Positions 41,815 through 52,521 of a DNA stretch of 64,000 nucleotides are shown one piece after another. Position numbers and translations under genes: made by a program. How positions within the stretch are numbered: position 1 is the stretch's first letter; each line of letters starts with the position of its first letter. The notes beneath the pieces were generated by a model that worked only from the letters and a program-made list of their open reading frames with translations, did not search any database and was not told where the DNA came from. Source of the stretch: Limnothrix sp. BL-A-16. Its GTDB lineage: Bacteria; Cyanobacteriota; Cyanobacteriia; CACIAM-69d. The stretch is taken from assembly GCA_041937175.2 (NCBI GenBank), contig CP166615.1, forward strand, positions 2,976,001 to 3,040,000, read 5' to 3'.

Positions 41815-42357
41815 ATGCTGTCAACTAATTTGACGGGGCCCACGGCGGCTTTCGGCCGCTCCCGTGCCCGAGAGTTACCCACCATTCGCGCCATTTGCTT
41901 TCGCTCCGGTGGGTATGAATTCGCGCTGCCGATGGCGGTGGTGCTGAAGGTGACGCACTGTCCACCACTGGACAATGGTGATTGGAGTCGATCGGGCTTG
42001 GTTTACATCGACAGTCAGCTCATTCAGGTGCTGGACTTGGCGCTGCTGCTGGATGGTTCGGAGCGATCGCCCAAGGGCATGGGCCAATTTCTCGTGATTG
42101 CTCGATCGGGCAATGCGCTCTGTGGACTGCCCACGGATTCGCCGCCGGACTCGATCGACCTGCCGCGCGATCAGGTGCTGCCGTTGCCGGCCCGCTTTGA
42201 GCGATCGCCCCTGGCTCACTTGGCCCAATGTGCCGTCGTGTTGTCTCCAGACACCACCCCACGCACCCTCTTCTTGCTCAGCCTGCCCCAGGCCCTCGAC
42301 CAAGCCAACACCGTCATGGGCACAACCGCTTCCGGCTCCCCAGGCTCAGCCAGTTGA
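41815..42357 (+). CDS. CheW-like domain protein
   Basis: ICFRSGGYEFALPMAVVLKV, GLVY..IQVLDL, CGLPTD; upstream of a PatA-like regulator. Confidence 0.7.
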   Translation: MLSTNLTGPTAAFGRSRARELPTIRAICFRSGGYEFALPMAVVLKVTHCPPLDNGDWSRSGLVYIDSQLIQVLDLALLLDGSERSPKGMGQFLVIARSGNALCGLPTDSPPDSIDLPRDQVLPLPARFERSPLAHLAQCAVVLSPDTTPRTLFLLSLPQALDQANTVMGTTASGSPGSAS

Positions 42358-42575
42358 GACATCAGCAAAACAGGCCGGCAAACGCCAGCTCAATTCATTG
42401 CTCGATCGTGGAATCAATCGTGATCGTCAATTTCGATCCTCTGAATCGTTAATTTTCGATAATTTTTATAATTTCGATTCTGATCGTCAATTTCGATCGG
42501 GTGCATGAGACCAACCATAACCGCATGACGCTTCCATAACATCGCCCCTGTGCGCTTGGCCCGCCAACCCCAACT

Positions 42576-43850
42576 TTGACCATGACTCCAGACGATGCGA
42601 CCCCCAACACCCTGAATGAATCGCTCGATCGATACCGACAGCAACAGTTCACCGGTCAAATCACCCTAGTTCCCACCCAAGGCAATCAACAGCGTTGGTC
42701 ATTCTTTTTCTGTCTCGGTCGTTTGTTTTGGGTCGATGACGGCAAAAGCGATAACCGCCGCACCCTGCGCCTGTTGCAGGCCGTTTGTCCCAGCATCAAA
42801 CAAAAGCGCTTTGCACTGCGGGAAGGGGATGCTTTTGCGGCCCAAAACTACAGTCTGTTGATGGTGTTGTTGCACCGCCGTGTTCTGTCCCAGGAACTGT
42901 TTTGCCAGGTGGTGAATGGGGTGATTGTCGAGGCGGTGTTTGACCTGCTTTGGCAAACCGGCGGCGCGGTGCAAGTGGGAACTGAAGTGCCCTACGACCC
43001 CCTGGACGTGCTGAAGATGGCTTCGGTGACGGTAAAAAGCCATGCGGCAATTACGGAAGCGGCCCAGGCCTGGGCCGCTTGGCAAGAAGCCCAACTGGGG
43101 GATTTTCATCCCGACTGGGCCTTGGCCATTCGCAGCACGGATCAGTTGCGGGAACGGCTGGCCCCGGAGGTTTATCAAAAACTGGCCTTGGCGATCGATG
43201 GCCAACGCACCGTCCGCGATCTGGCGGTGCTGATGCGGAAGGACTTGCCCACCATTACCCGATCGCTGGTTCCCTATATTCGCCGCAACATTATTGATCT
43301 GCACCCGATCGAGGATTTGCCATCCTTGGTGGTGCTTCCCACGCCGGGGGCAGAGGGCAACGGTCGATCGAGCGATCGCCGCCAAACAGTCCCCACCCCC
43401 GCCGCGGCCACCACCAACGCCGCCGCCACCATCGCCTGCATTGACGACAGCCCCCAGGTTTGTGCAGCCATGAGCCAAATCATTGAACAGGCAGGCTATG
43501 TTCCCCTTTGCATCCAGGATTCCACCCAGGCGCTCACGGTGCTGCTGGAGCGCAAACCCAAACTCATCTTCCTGGATTTGATTATGCCCGTGGCCAATGG
43601 CTACGAAATTTGCGCCCAAATTCGGCGGGTGGCCCTGTTTCGGGATATCCCGATCGCCATCTTGACCGGCAGTGACGGCATTATCGATCGCGTCAGGGCC
43701 AAAGTGGTAGGAGCCACGGATTTTGTTAGTAAGCCCGTTGAAACCGAAAAAATCTTGACCCTGATTCAAAAATATCTGAGCGCCACCGCCGCTCCGGTGA
43801 ATAGTCCCGCTGGAGCAACCGCCGCCAGCTTGAACCCCAAAGCGGGCTGA
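42576..43850 (+). CDS. PatA-type response regulator (PATAN + receiver)
   Basis: N-terminal FTGQITL..WSFFFCLGRL; receiver IACIDDS, FLDLIMP..GYEIC, LTG, GATDFVSKP. Confidence 0.9.
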   Translation: MTMTPDDATPNTLNESLDRYRQQQFTGQITLVPTQGNQQRWSFFFCLGRLFWVDDGKSDNRRTLRLLQAVCPSIKQKRFALREGDAFAAQNYSLLMVLLHRRVLSQELFCQVVNGVIVEAVFDLLWQTGGAVQVGTEVPYDPLDVLKMASVTVKSHAAITEAAQAWAAWQEAQLGDFHPDWALAIRSTDQLRERLAPEVYQKLALAIDGQRTVRDLAVLMRKDLPTITRSLVPYIRRNIIDLHPIEDLPSLVVLPTPGAEGNGRSSDRRQTVPTPAAATTNAAATIACIDDSPQVCAAMSQIIEQAGYVPLCIQDSTQALTVLLERKPKLIFLDLIMPVANGYEICAQIRRVALFRDIPIAILTGSDGIIDRVRAKVVGATDFVSKPVETEKILTLIQKYLSATAAPVNSPAGATAASLNPKAG

Positions 43851-44386
43851 AAATTGCTCATTCGGAGCTAAAAAGCTCACTTTTCAGCACTTTCGGCTGA
43901 TTAATACCTGCAATCTCTGTTTTTTGAATTTTTTGAACCAATTTGGCACGGTCTCGCACCCATCCTCCCTCGATTTTTGCTGTTGTTTCGCTCCCCATGT
44001 CCCATGCTGACTCCACCGCCAAGCAATTTTCGATGCCTGAAAAGGCAGAAGGTTCGCGGTTTCCGCCCCATTCTGGGCCATGAAATGACTCAGGTTTCCA
44101 TCGTGAATCAATCCCTTGACCCCTCGCAGTAAACGCTTAGAATGCACGATGGAGATTTGCTCTCCAATTGGGATGAGGGTCGATCATCATTGGGTCGATC
44201 GCCATTCAAGCGTTAGCAATTCAAATTTGCTGCTTGGCTGATTCTTTTCTGCTTAGTCTATCTATTCTGTTCACCGCTGTTTGCTCTGTTGGATTGGCTC
44301 TGTTTTTCGACTCAGCATTGACCGAAAATTGACTCAGAGTTGACGCAGTACAGTTCTTTCAAACTCCTCCTCTCAGCCTTTTCCCT

Positions 44387-44749
44387 ATGCAAACGATTTT
44401 GGTTGTTGAAGATAGCCCGACCGATCGCGGCGTGATGATTCGATATCTGCAAGACGCTGGTTTGACGGTGGTGGCCGTGGGCAGCGGGGAAGAAGCCCAG
44501 AAGGTTTTGGACACCCAAAAGCCCGCCTTGATTGTGCTCGATGTGATTTTGCCCGGCCAAAGTGGCTTTGAAATTTGTCGGCAACTGAAGCAAAGCGAAG
44601 CCACAAAAAGCATTCCCGTTGTGATTTGTTCCACGAAGGGAACGGACGTAGACAAAACCTGGGGCACGATGTTGGGGGCCAATGCCTACTTACGAAAGCC
44701 AGTTGATCCAGATGAGCTGATGCAAACGGTGCGGCGCTTTGTGCCTTAG
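44387..44749 (+). CDS. CheY/PilH-like single-domain response regulator
   Basis: ILVVEDS, VLDVILPGQSGFEICR, CSTK, YLRKP. Confidence 0.93.
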   Translation: MQTILVVEDSPTDRGVMIRYLQDAGLTVVAVGSGEEAQKVLDTQKPALIVLDVILPGQSGFEICRQLKQSEATKSIPVVICSTKGTDVDKTWGTMLGANAYLRKPVDPDELMQTVRRFVP

Positions 44750-44787
44750 CGGATTGCGTTGATTAGAGGCATGAATGATCGAGCAGG

Positions 44788-45816
44788 ATGAATTCCAGGG
44801 TGGTTGAAGGGGCGATCGATTGGGTTTCGGCGGAAAATGGAAATTTGTCGATCGAACCCACAGCGGACGGGTCTGTGACCTTTCGCTCAGAACGGTTTGG
44901 CGAAACCTTCCACAGCCGCCAAGGGGCCTGGCAAGAGGCCCTGAGTAAGTTTGTGGAACCCACCCATTTACCCCAACGGGCAACCAGTCAACCGGTAATT
45001 CGGATCCTGGATGTCTGCTATGGCTTGGGCTACAACACGGCGGCCGCCCTCACCACCCTTTGGGCCCTGAATCCGGCCTGCGCGGTGGAGTGGGTCGGTC
45101 TGGAATTGGATCCGGTGGCCACAAGGGCGGCCTTGCCTTACCTGTTGGCCACGGCGCGATCGGCTGGGGCAGCGTTGGGATTGGCGGAACCCATCCTCGG
45201 GGCGATCGCCCAATTGTTGACCGATCTGGCGGAACAGGGGCAAGCTACTTGGCCGGCTCCGGCCTCTGTCACCCCGGAATTAATCACCCCGGAATTAATC
45301 ACCGGCCCATCGCCAAACCCCCAATTTCGCGGGCAACTGCTCTGGGGGGATGCGCGGCAAACCTTGCGGCCCATCCTCGATCGGGGCTTTCGGGCCGATG
45401 CGGTTTTTTTGGATCCCTTTTCGCCGCCCCGCTGTCCGCAACTGTGGACGGTGGAATTTTTGGGGATGGTGAGCCGTTGTTTGGCTCCCGACGGCCGCTT
45501 GGCCACCTATTCCTGCGCAGCGGCGGTGCGATCGGCCCTGTTGGCGGCAGGGTTGCAATTAGGGGCCACGGTTCCCTTTGGCCGACGCTGGCCCGGAACC
45601 GTGGCGGCCTTTGTGCCCTTAGATTTGCCGCCCCTTTCAGCCCAAGAACAAGAACATTTGCAAACCAAGGCCGCCGTGCCCTACCGCGATCCCCACTTGA
45701 CCGATGATGCGGCAACGATCCTCGATCGCAAGAACCAGGAACAGGCGCGATCGCCCCTTGAACCCACATCGCGCTGGAAACGTCGCTGGTTTGGCGATTG
45801 TCGCGCCAAGCATTAA
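44788..45816 (+). CDS. MnmC/MnmD-like SAM-dependent methyltransferase
   Basis: TADGS.T..SERFGETFHS, LDVCYGLGYN, GDAR, FLDPFSP..CPQLW, LATYS. Confidence 0.85.
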   Translation: MNSRVVEGAIDWVSAENGNLSIEPTADGSVTFRSERFGETFHSRQGAWQEALSKFVEPTHLPQRATSQPVIRILDVCYGLGYNTAAALTTLWALNPACAVEWVGLELDPVATRAALPYLLATARSAGAALGLAEPILGAIAQLLTDLAEQGQATWPAPASVTPELITPELITGPSPNPQFRGQLLWGDARQTLRPILDRGFRADAVFLDPFSPPRCPQLWTVEFLGMVSRCLAPDGRLATYSCAAAVRSALLAAGLQLGATVPFGRRWPGTVAAFVPLDLPPLSAQEQEHLQTKAAVPYRDPHLTDDAATILDRKNQEQARSPLEPTSRWKRRWFGDCRAKH

Positions 45817-46017
45817 TCACACCAGATATTCATCGCGCTAAATATTCAAAATCATTTAACTCATCAGTTATTTAACCCATCAGTTCACCGCCAGCCCGCT
45901 CAAGACCCAGGGAGCCACTGGCACAATTGAACAAAACCCGTGGGGAAATTCTGATTCGCCACAGAGTTGCATTAGGCTGGTCGAGCGGCGTTGCGATAAG
46001 AGGTAACGATCTGGTCT

Positions 46018-46191
46018 ATGGATTATTTGAAGCTTCCCGAAATTTTCCTGGCGCTGCTGCTGCTCACTCCGCTGCTTTATGCCTTGACGCATTTTCTGTG
46101 GGAGCTGAGTCCGGTGCTGGCGGTCATGGTCTATTTTGTCGGGGTTTTGGGCATGGGCATCCTGGGCTTTCGGATTGTGGATGAGTCTTGA
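46018..46191 (+). CDS. Small 57-aa two-TM membrane protein (below the ORF-track cutoff)
   Basis: AAGAGG upstream; MDYLKLPEIFLALLLLTPLLYALTHFLWELSPVLAVMVYFVGVLGMGILGFRIVDES. Confidence 0.55.
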   Translation: MDYLKLPEIFLALLLLTPLLYALTHFLWELSPVLAVMVYFVGVLGMGILGFRIVDES

Positions 46192-46253
46192 TCCAGGTGT
46201 AGCGACTCAGGTTGGCAGGGCGATCGCCCCCGGCAAACTCCATCACCGAGAAC

Positions 46254-47048
46254 CTAGGCCGACTGCGGCGAGGTCGTCAACTCTGGGGCGGTGGATTCTG
46301 TCTGCCGCAACAGATCCAAAATTTGATAGCGATAGTCCTGAAAAGCGGCCGATCGCCGCAGGGCCTCATCCCGTTCCGCCGGTAGCTCGATCGATAATTC
46401 CCGGCGAATCGTGCCCGGCCGCGCACTCATCACATAGACCCGCTGCGACAGAAACACCGCCTCTTCCACGTCGTGGGTGATGGTCAAAATGGTAGTGCCC
46501 GTATTGCGCCACAGCTCCAGCAGAAAACCCTGCATCGATTCACGGGTTTGTACATCCAGCGCCCCAAAGGGTTCATCCATCAGCAGAATTTTTGGCTGGG
46601 AAGCCAGGGCCCGGGCGATCGCCACCCGCTGTTTCATGCCACCGGACAACTCCTTCGGCAGGGCCTTGGCGAAGGGTAACAATCCCACCACATCCATGTA
46701 GTAGCGGGACTGTTCGTAGCGATCGGCGATCGAGGCTCCCTGCAACTTCAACCCAAAACTAATATTTTCCTCAACGGTCATCCAGGGGTAGAGCGTGTAG
46801 CTTTGGAACACCATGCCCCGATCGGCTCCCGGCCCCGTCACTGGCTGCCCATCCACCAACACATCCCCCGCCGTGGGCTGCTCCAGCCCCGCCACAATTC
46901 GCAGCATGGTGGATTTTCCCGATCCGGATGCACCCACCGCACAGACAAATTCACCCGTTTCCACATGCAAATTAATGTCTTTGAGGGCCACCACCGGGCC
47001 ACGGCGGGTGACAAACTGCTTATACAAATGCTTGACTTCTAGATGCAT
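46254..47048 (-). CDS. ABC transporter ATP-binding protein (NitT/TauT type, putative guanidine uptake)
   Basis: GASGSGKST, LSGGMKQR, LMDEPFGALD; last gene of the riboswitch operon. Confidence 0.93.
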   Translation of the reverse strand: MHLEVKHLYKQFVTRRGPVVALKDINLHVETGEFVCAVGASGSGKSTMLRIVAGLEQPTAGDVLVDGQPVTGPGADRGMVFQSYTLYPWMTVEENISFGLKLQGASIADRYEQSRYYMDVVGLLPFAKALPKELSGGMKQRVAIARALASQPKILLMDEPFGALDVQTRESMQGFLLELWRNTGTTILTITHDVEEAVFLSQRVYVMSARPGTIRRELSIELPAERDEALRRSAAFQDYRYQILDLLRQTESTAPELTTSPQSA

Positions 47049-47197
47049 TGTTCATTCATTCCGTACTCATTGATCCCGTGCTCATGAATTCCACGCCCAG
47101 TTCCAATCAATTCGATCGCGCGATTACTGTTCCCATTGACTCCGCGCCCAGTTCAAATTAGTTTGATCGAATAATTGCTATTTTTTTGTTCTGGGGA

Positions 47198-48055
47198 TTA
47201 TTTCACCGCCCATCGACAGGAAAAGCGCAAAAACATCCGAAACAAAATATCGATCGCCAAGCCAATTAAACCGATCACAATCAAGCCCGCAAAAATCTCA
47301 TCGGTTTTCAGAAAGCGTTGAGCCACACTAATTCGCCGCCCCAAGCCCTCCGTAGCCGCCACCAATTCCGACACAATCACCAAGTTCCAAGCCGCCGCCA
47401 TATTCACCCGGCAAGTGTCAATAATCCCGGGAGTAATGTAGGGAAAGATGACCTGAAAGAGCACCTGTAACCGATTGCCACCCAAGGTATAGGTGGCTTC
47501 GATCATTTCCTTGGGGACAAACTTCACCGAGTCCATCACCATCAAGGTGTTGAAAAAGAGTGTGCCAATAAAAACCAAGAGAATTTTGGGCACTTCTCCA
47601 AGGCCGAAATACAAAATCAACAACGGAATGAAGGCAGTGGCGGGCATGTAGCGCACAATGCCCACGATCGGCTCCAGGAGCGATCGAATGCTGGCGAATG
47701 TCCCCATCAAAGTGCCCAGTGGAATGGCAATCACCGTGGCCAGGGCAAACCCACCCAAAATCCGCATCAAACTGAATTGAATATCCTTGGGCAATGCGCC
47801 GCTGTTCCAAAGCTGCCCGATCGCCCCCACCACTTGGGCCGGCGAGGGCAAAAACAGGGGCCGCACCCAGCCCGTGCTGGCCAGCAGCCACCACAGCACC
47901 AAGGGCACCCCGATCGACAACCCCATCAACAGCCAACTGAGCCGGGACGGAATCGAATCGGCGATCGTCCAAAAGGTGCTGGGGCGCAGCATCCGAGCGG
48001 GCCCCGGGTCGCGCACTAGGGGCGGATTATGGGGAATGGGCACATGGGAAGTCAT
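47198..48055 (-). CDS. ABC transporter permease (NitT/TauT type)
   Basis: FLPSP, multiple TM helices, EATYTLG EAA-like motif, AWNLVIVSEL. Confidence 0.92.
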   Translation of the reverse strand: MTSHVPIPHNPPLVRDPGPARMLRPSTFWTIADSIPSRLSWLLMGLSIGVPLVLWWLLASTGWVRPLFLPSPAQVVGAIGQLWNSGALPKDIQFSLMRILGGFALATVIAIPLGTLMGTFASIRSLLEPIVGIVRYMPATAFIPLLILYFGLGEVPKILLVFIGTLFFNTLMVMDSVKFVPKEMIEATYTLGGNRLQVLFQVIFPYITPGIIDTCRVNMAAAWNLVIVSELVAATEGLGRRISVAQRFLKTDEIFAGLIVIGLIGLAIDILFRMFLRFSCRWAVK

Positions 48056-48269
48056 GGTCTGAGGAAAGAGGGTGAGTTTGCAGGGCCATGAAAGGGGCGA
48101 TCGGGCAGCAGACTGGAGGCTCGCCCTAGTGGCGCGGCTGCCTTAATTGGTTGGGCTAAAGCTGCGGAGTCAGTCGTTGTAACAAGAAGCTGGAGCATCT
48201 TGCTGCCTAACAATCGGGTCACGATAACCATCATTTGACTTGACTGATCACAGTCAGCCTGCCGCGCTA

Positions 48270-49340
48270 CTAGGTTGCCGGTTGACGTTTGGCGGCGTGG
48301 GCCTTCACGAAGCGATCGTCAAAGAGTTTGTTCAGATTTGGCTTCGACTTTGCCAATCCAGAACTGGTTAAAAAGTCCGAAATTTCTTGGGCAGCAAACA
48401 CCAACGAAGAGCGATCATTTCCCGGCTGAAAGGCCTTCAAATTATCCTCAAGGGTGAAGATCTTGGTTCCTGCCTCATATTCCCGATATTCCTCAACGGA
48501 AACCCCCGCCCGTTGGGCCATGATGCTGTAGGATTTTTCGGGATTTTGCTTAATGTAATCCAGCGTGGCAAACCAACTATCCACCAAAGCTTGCACGGCC
48601 GCCGGTTGCTCATCCACCAGCTTGCGGCTGACTGCCAAGTGATCGGAAACGGCTCCCGGAAAGTCGCGAGAACTGAAGAGTTCACGGCTGCCGGGGCGCT
48701 CCAAGGCCTTCGTGGTGAAGGGTGCAAAAACGCCCACCGCATCCACCTGGCCGGCCACAAAAGCCGCCGCCGCCGCGCCAGTTTCCAACGGCTGAATTTG
48801 AATATCTTCCGGAGCCAAGCCAGCCTTTTTCAAGCCCAAAAGCAATAGGAAATGGTCAACGGTTCCTTCTTCAACGGCAACCCGTTTTCCTTTCAAATCA
48901 GCAATTGTTTTAATCTCGGCGCTGACAATAATTTTGTCATTGCCCGTGGAGTTGTCATTGGTTAAAACAATCACCTGATCAGCCCCAGCAGCCAAAGAGC
49001 TAATGGTGTCGTTGAGGGTTTGGGCATTGGCATCCAACTGCCCCGCATTCAGGGCATTAATTGAATCTAAATAGCCGTCAAACCATTTCAAATCCACATT
49101 CACTTGGTTTTGGGCAAAGATTTTGGCCTCTTGGGTCACCTGCCAAGGCACCCAACCGGGCCAAACACTAAAACCCATCCGGACGATCGGGGCGGTGGAA
49201 CTGCCGGGGGTGGCGTTGGGGCCGCCACCGGAGTCGGGCGCGGGCGCACAACTAATGGAAAGAAACAGGGCGGCCAAAAAACAGCCCAACCAACTGAGCA
49301 ATCGACGGCGTTTCAGGGCGTTCAGCTTAAGGGCATTCAT
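48270..49340 (-). CDS. ABC transporter substrate-binding lipoprotein (putative guanidine-binding)
   Basis: Lipobox-like LSISC; SVWPGWVPW, DNSTGND, DLKGKRVAVEEG. Confidence 0.9.
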   Translation of the reverse strand: MNALKLNALKRRRLLSWLGCFLAALFLSISCAPAPDSGGGPNATPGSSTAPIVRMGFSVWPGWVPWQVTQEAKIFAQNQVNVDLKWFDGYLDSINALNAGQLDANAQTLNDTISSLAAGADQVIVLTNDNSTGNDKIIVSAEIKTIADLKGKRVAVEEGTVDHFLLLLGLKKAGLAPEDIQIQPLETGAAAAAFVAGQVDAVGVFAPFTTKALERPGSRELFSSRDFPGAVSDHLAVSRKLVDEQPAAVQALVDSWFATLDYIKQNPEKSYSIMAQRAGVSVEEYREYEAGTKIFTLEDNLKAFQPGNDRSSLVFAAQEISDFLTSSGLAKSKPNLNKLFDDRFVKAHAAKRQPAT

Positions 49341-49513
49341 AGGCTTTCAGGGGCTTTTATGCAGGGTTCAGTGAATGGACGGGAAGATTAGCAATTCAAA
49401 ACCAGGGAATTCAAAACCCAGGGAGCCAGGGATCGGAATTGAGCAAACAGGATTAACTCAATCACCCCCTCCAAACAACACAGGGCAATTCCGAAGAACT
49501 GCCCTGCAAGGTT

Positions 49514-50242
49514 TTAGACGCTGGCCAGAGTGGCGACCCGATCGCCCGGTTGAATCGTGGCCGGCTGGATCGATCGCCCTGTGGCCTGGCGCACCCAGTT
49601 CAACCAATCGGCCAACCCTTCACCAGTTTTGGCACTGACCGGGAAAATCGCCACCTCCGGGTTGATTTGCCGCACGTTGGCCATGATCCGATCGAGATCC
49701 ACTTCCAAATAGGGGGCCAAATCCGTTTTGGTGATCAGCAAGCAATCGGCCTCCCGAAACATCACCGGATATTTCAGGGGCTTGTCTTCCCCTTCCGTGA
49801 CGCTCAGGAGCGCCACCTTGGCATGTTCACCCACCTCAAATTCAGCGGGACAAACCAAATTCCCAACGTTTTCCACCACGACCAAATCGATCGTTTGGGG
49901 ATCCACCAACGCCTTGAGCTGATGGATGCCCCCGGAGACCATCCGCGCATCCAGATGGCACGATCGCCCTGTGTTGATGGCCACCACCGGCACGCCACAC
50001 CGCCGCAGTCGATCGGCATCCAGTTCCGTGGTCATGTCCCCTTCAATGACCGCGATCGCCAGTTCCGATTGCAATGCGCTCAGGGTCGCCTCCAGCAGGG
50101 AGGTTTTCCCCGCCCCAGGGCTGCTCATCAGATTCAGGCAAGTGATCCCCCACTCGTCAAAATGCTCGCGATTGTGGTCTGCTCCCGCCTGGTTAGCGTG
50201 CAGCAGATTCATTTCCAAGGCCGCATCAAAGGTTTGGTGCAT
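49514..50242 (-). CDS. hypB: Nickel-insertion GTPase HypB (guanidine hydrolase accessory)
   Basis: [33 protein letters not shown]. Confidence 0.95.
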   Translation of the reverse strand: MHQTFDAALEMNLLHANQAGADHNREHFDEWGITCLNLMSSPGAGKTSLLEATLSALQSELAIAVIEGDMTTELDADRLRRCGVPVVAINTGRSCHLDARMVSGGIHQLKALVDPQTIDLVVVENVGNLVCPAEFEVGEHAKVALLSVTEGEDKPLKYPVMFREADCLLITKTDLAPYLEVDLDRIMANVRQINPEVAIFPVSAKTGEGLADWLNWVRQATGRSIQPATIQPGDRVATLASV

Positions 50243-50488
50243 GGCGATCGTCTCCTAAGGCAAGCAACAGCAAAACAACAGAAAATCAGGCAATGAGAAG
50301 GAAAACCAAAAATCAGGGTCGAAAACCCGATCGTTCAGAAATAGCCAGAATTCGAGATAGCCAGGAACAGTCAGCAACAGCCGTTTAGGGTGGATTTGCG
50401 TTAAACCAAATTGGGATCAACTGTTTCAATGCCGTCCCTCAGGAGGGGATCGACTGCCGCCAAGACAACGCGCCCCTCAGCAGCGCCA

Positions 50489-50878
50489 CTAGGCCACAGC
50501 CCAGCGATCGGTTTGGGTTTCCCGGTGAGCATTCTGATATTCAATGTGGGAAATTTTCAGCTCCCGACCCGATCGAATGTCCTCCATCGGTGCGCCACAG
50601 GTGGGGCAGGCATAATGCAAACCCATCTCCGGCCGATAGTCCGCTTGGCAAGCGTGGCAAAAGGCCACCAACGGCACCGACTCAACCACCAACTCCGCCG
50701 CCGCCAGAAATGTCCCTTCCCGATAGGCATCGAAGGCAAACACTAACCCCGCCGGTTCCACGCAGGTGAAATCCCCCACCCGCAGATGTACCCGCGAAAT
50801 TTGCGGGCGATCGGGCTGGGACTCCCACCAATCCCGCAACGTCAACACGAGCGATCGGGTCATATCGACTTCATGCAT
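50489..50878 (-). CDS. hypA: Nickel metallochaperone HypA (guanidine hydrolase accessory)
   Basis: MHE N-terminus, CHAC..CPTC, SGREL. Confidence 0.94.
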   Translation of the reverse strand: MHEVDMTRSLVLTLRDWWESQPDRPQISRVHLRVGDFTCVEPAGLVFAFDAYREGTFLAAAELVVESVPLVAFCHACQADYRPEMGLHYACPTCGAPMEDIRSGRELKISHIEYQNAHRETQTDRWAVA

Positions 50879-50987
50879 GGGCGCACCTATTCCTTAACTG
50901 GGTTAGAGGTCTGGCACTGGGTTGAGATATCGGATACTGGGCGAGATATCTGAGTTTCATGACCAGTCCCCAAAAACGTCAGGGCAA

Positions 50988-52166
50988 CTAAGACCAGCCA
51001 TCCTCAAAAATCTGTGCTTCCTCGTGGATATAGGACGGCTTTTCCCGGCGCGGCAACTGTCCCGACAGCACCAAATTCGCCATCGCATCGCAAATCACCC
51101 GCGTGGCCATCAGGGAAGTCATGTCGCTGATGTCGTAGGGCGGCGACACCTCCACCACCTCCAAGCCACAGATCGGCGCTTGGCGAATAATCCGCGACAG
51201 CAGATACAACGCCTCCCGAGGCAGCAACCCGCCCGGCTCCGGCCAGCCCGTCCCCGGCACGAACCCCGCATCAATGCAATCGATATCAAAGCTGATATAA
51301 ACGCAGTCGGTGCCGTCTAGGGCGCGTTCCAAGGCAAAATCCACCGCCGCATCCAAGCCAATTTCCGTGATATCCGTCACGGTCAAAATGTTGGTGGCCC
51401 GTTCTCGGCAAACCTTCACGCCTTGGCGCGGCACTTGCCAACCGCCAATGCCCAACTGCACCAGATTCTTGGCGGGCGCATTTTTGATGTTGGTGGCGTG
51501 GAACCAAGGGCAGGTGTGCATCCGCTCATCGAGGTCGGTTTCTTGGGTATCCACATGGCGATCGAAGTGGATAATACCCACTTTTTTGTCCCCCAAATGG
51601 CGACAAACACCCCGCACCGTGGGATAGCCGATCGAGTGGTCACCGCCCAAAATAATCGGGAACGCACCCGATGCAAAAATGTGGGCAATTCCCTTAGAAA
51701 TCTGGTCAAAAGACTTCTCATTATTCGCGGGAATTGTGAAAATATCCCCCACATCGCAGAGGGTAATTTGTTCCCGCAAATCAATGCCCAGCTCAAAGTT
51801 ATAGGGCGTGTACAGAGCCGAAATGCGCCGGATTCCTTGGGGGCCAAACCGCGTTCCAGGGCGGTAGGTTGTGCCGGAATCATGGGGCACACCCACAATA
51901 GCCACGTCGTAATTTCCCACCTGGTTCACATCTTCCAGGTAGGGCGCTTTCATGAAGGTATTAATCCCGGCATAGTGTGGCAGTTCTCCCCGGGAAAAGG
52001 TAGAAATCGTTCGATCTTTAATGCTGTCGGCGGCTTCCAATCCGAACCGCAGCGCCTGATCTACTTCCTGCTGCCAGCCGGTCATGGGCAGCCGAGCTTC
52101 TAAATCCAAGGCACGTTTGGCTTCGGATTCGCCACCCTGATAGTTGGGACGTTCAAAAATGCTCAT
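50988..52166 (-). CDS. gdmH: Ni-dependent guanidine hydrolase (ureohydrolase/agmatinase family)
   Basis: GGDHS, HFDRHVD, MHTCPW, SFDIDCID, PGTGWPEPGG; follows a guanidine-I riboswitch and precedes hypA-hypB-ABC. Confidence 0.88.
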   Translation of the reverse strand: MSIFERPNYQGGESEAKRALDLEARLPMTGWQQEVDQALRFGLEAADSIKDRTISTFSRGELPHYAGINTFMKAPYLEDVNQVGNYDVAIVGVPHDSGTTYRPGTRFGPQGIRRISALYTPYNFELGIDLREQITLCDVGDIFTIPANNEKSFDQISKGIAHIFASGAFPIILGGDHSIGYPTVRGVCRHLGDKKVGIIHFDRHVDTQETDLDERMHTCPWFHATNIKNAPAKNLVQLGIGGWQVPRQGVKVCRERATNILTVTDITEIGLDAAVDFALERALDGTDCVYISFDIDCIDAGFVPGTGWPEPGGLLPREALYLLSRIIRQAPICGLEVVEVSPPYDISDMTSLMATRVICDAMANLVLSGQLPRREKPSYIHEEAQIFEDGWS

Positions 52167-52316
52167 CGATCGCGATGGGGGTTTGGGTTTGCAAATGACT
52201 ACGGAAATGGGGCCGAATCGATCGCTCCATTCGGCTGAGGTCACCTGCGCGAATTGCCCGAAAATCCGAACGACAAAGCCCGGTGGTTCCAGGCAATCCA
52301 CGCGATGTGCCTTTGA

Positions 52317-52494
52317 CCTCCCGGGCTTTTATCCCGCCGTGTAACTGATGCTCAAAGCTGGTTTTCAAGGCCAGAGAATTGGGGATAAATCCACTGGTCA
52401 TGCCACTGAGCCATCAGCTTGCTTCTCTCGGACCAGTCACAGCACTTTGGAATTCTTTTGGAATGACCTTGAAGCTGCCGGAACCCTAGAAGCC
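52317..52494 (-). promoter_or_regulatory. Guanidine-I (ykkC-yxkD) riboswitch
   Basis: Minus strand reads CTAGGGTTCCG...CTGGTCCGAGAG...ACACGGCGGGATAAAAGCCCGGGAG, the conserved aptamer blocks. Confidence 0.92.
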
Positions 52495-52521
52495 ATGTAT
52501 GTTTAGCCTACCCTCAAACAT

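Noticed and set aside
49514..50878. hypA/hypB as evidence of a hydrogenase cluster
   Set aside because: No hydrogenase genes nearby; the context points to nickel loading of the guanidine hydrolase.
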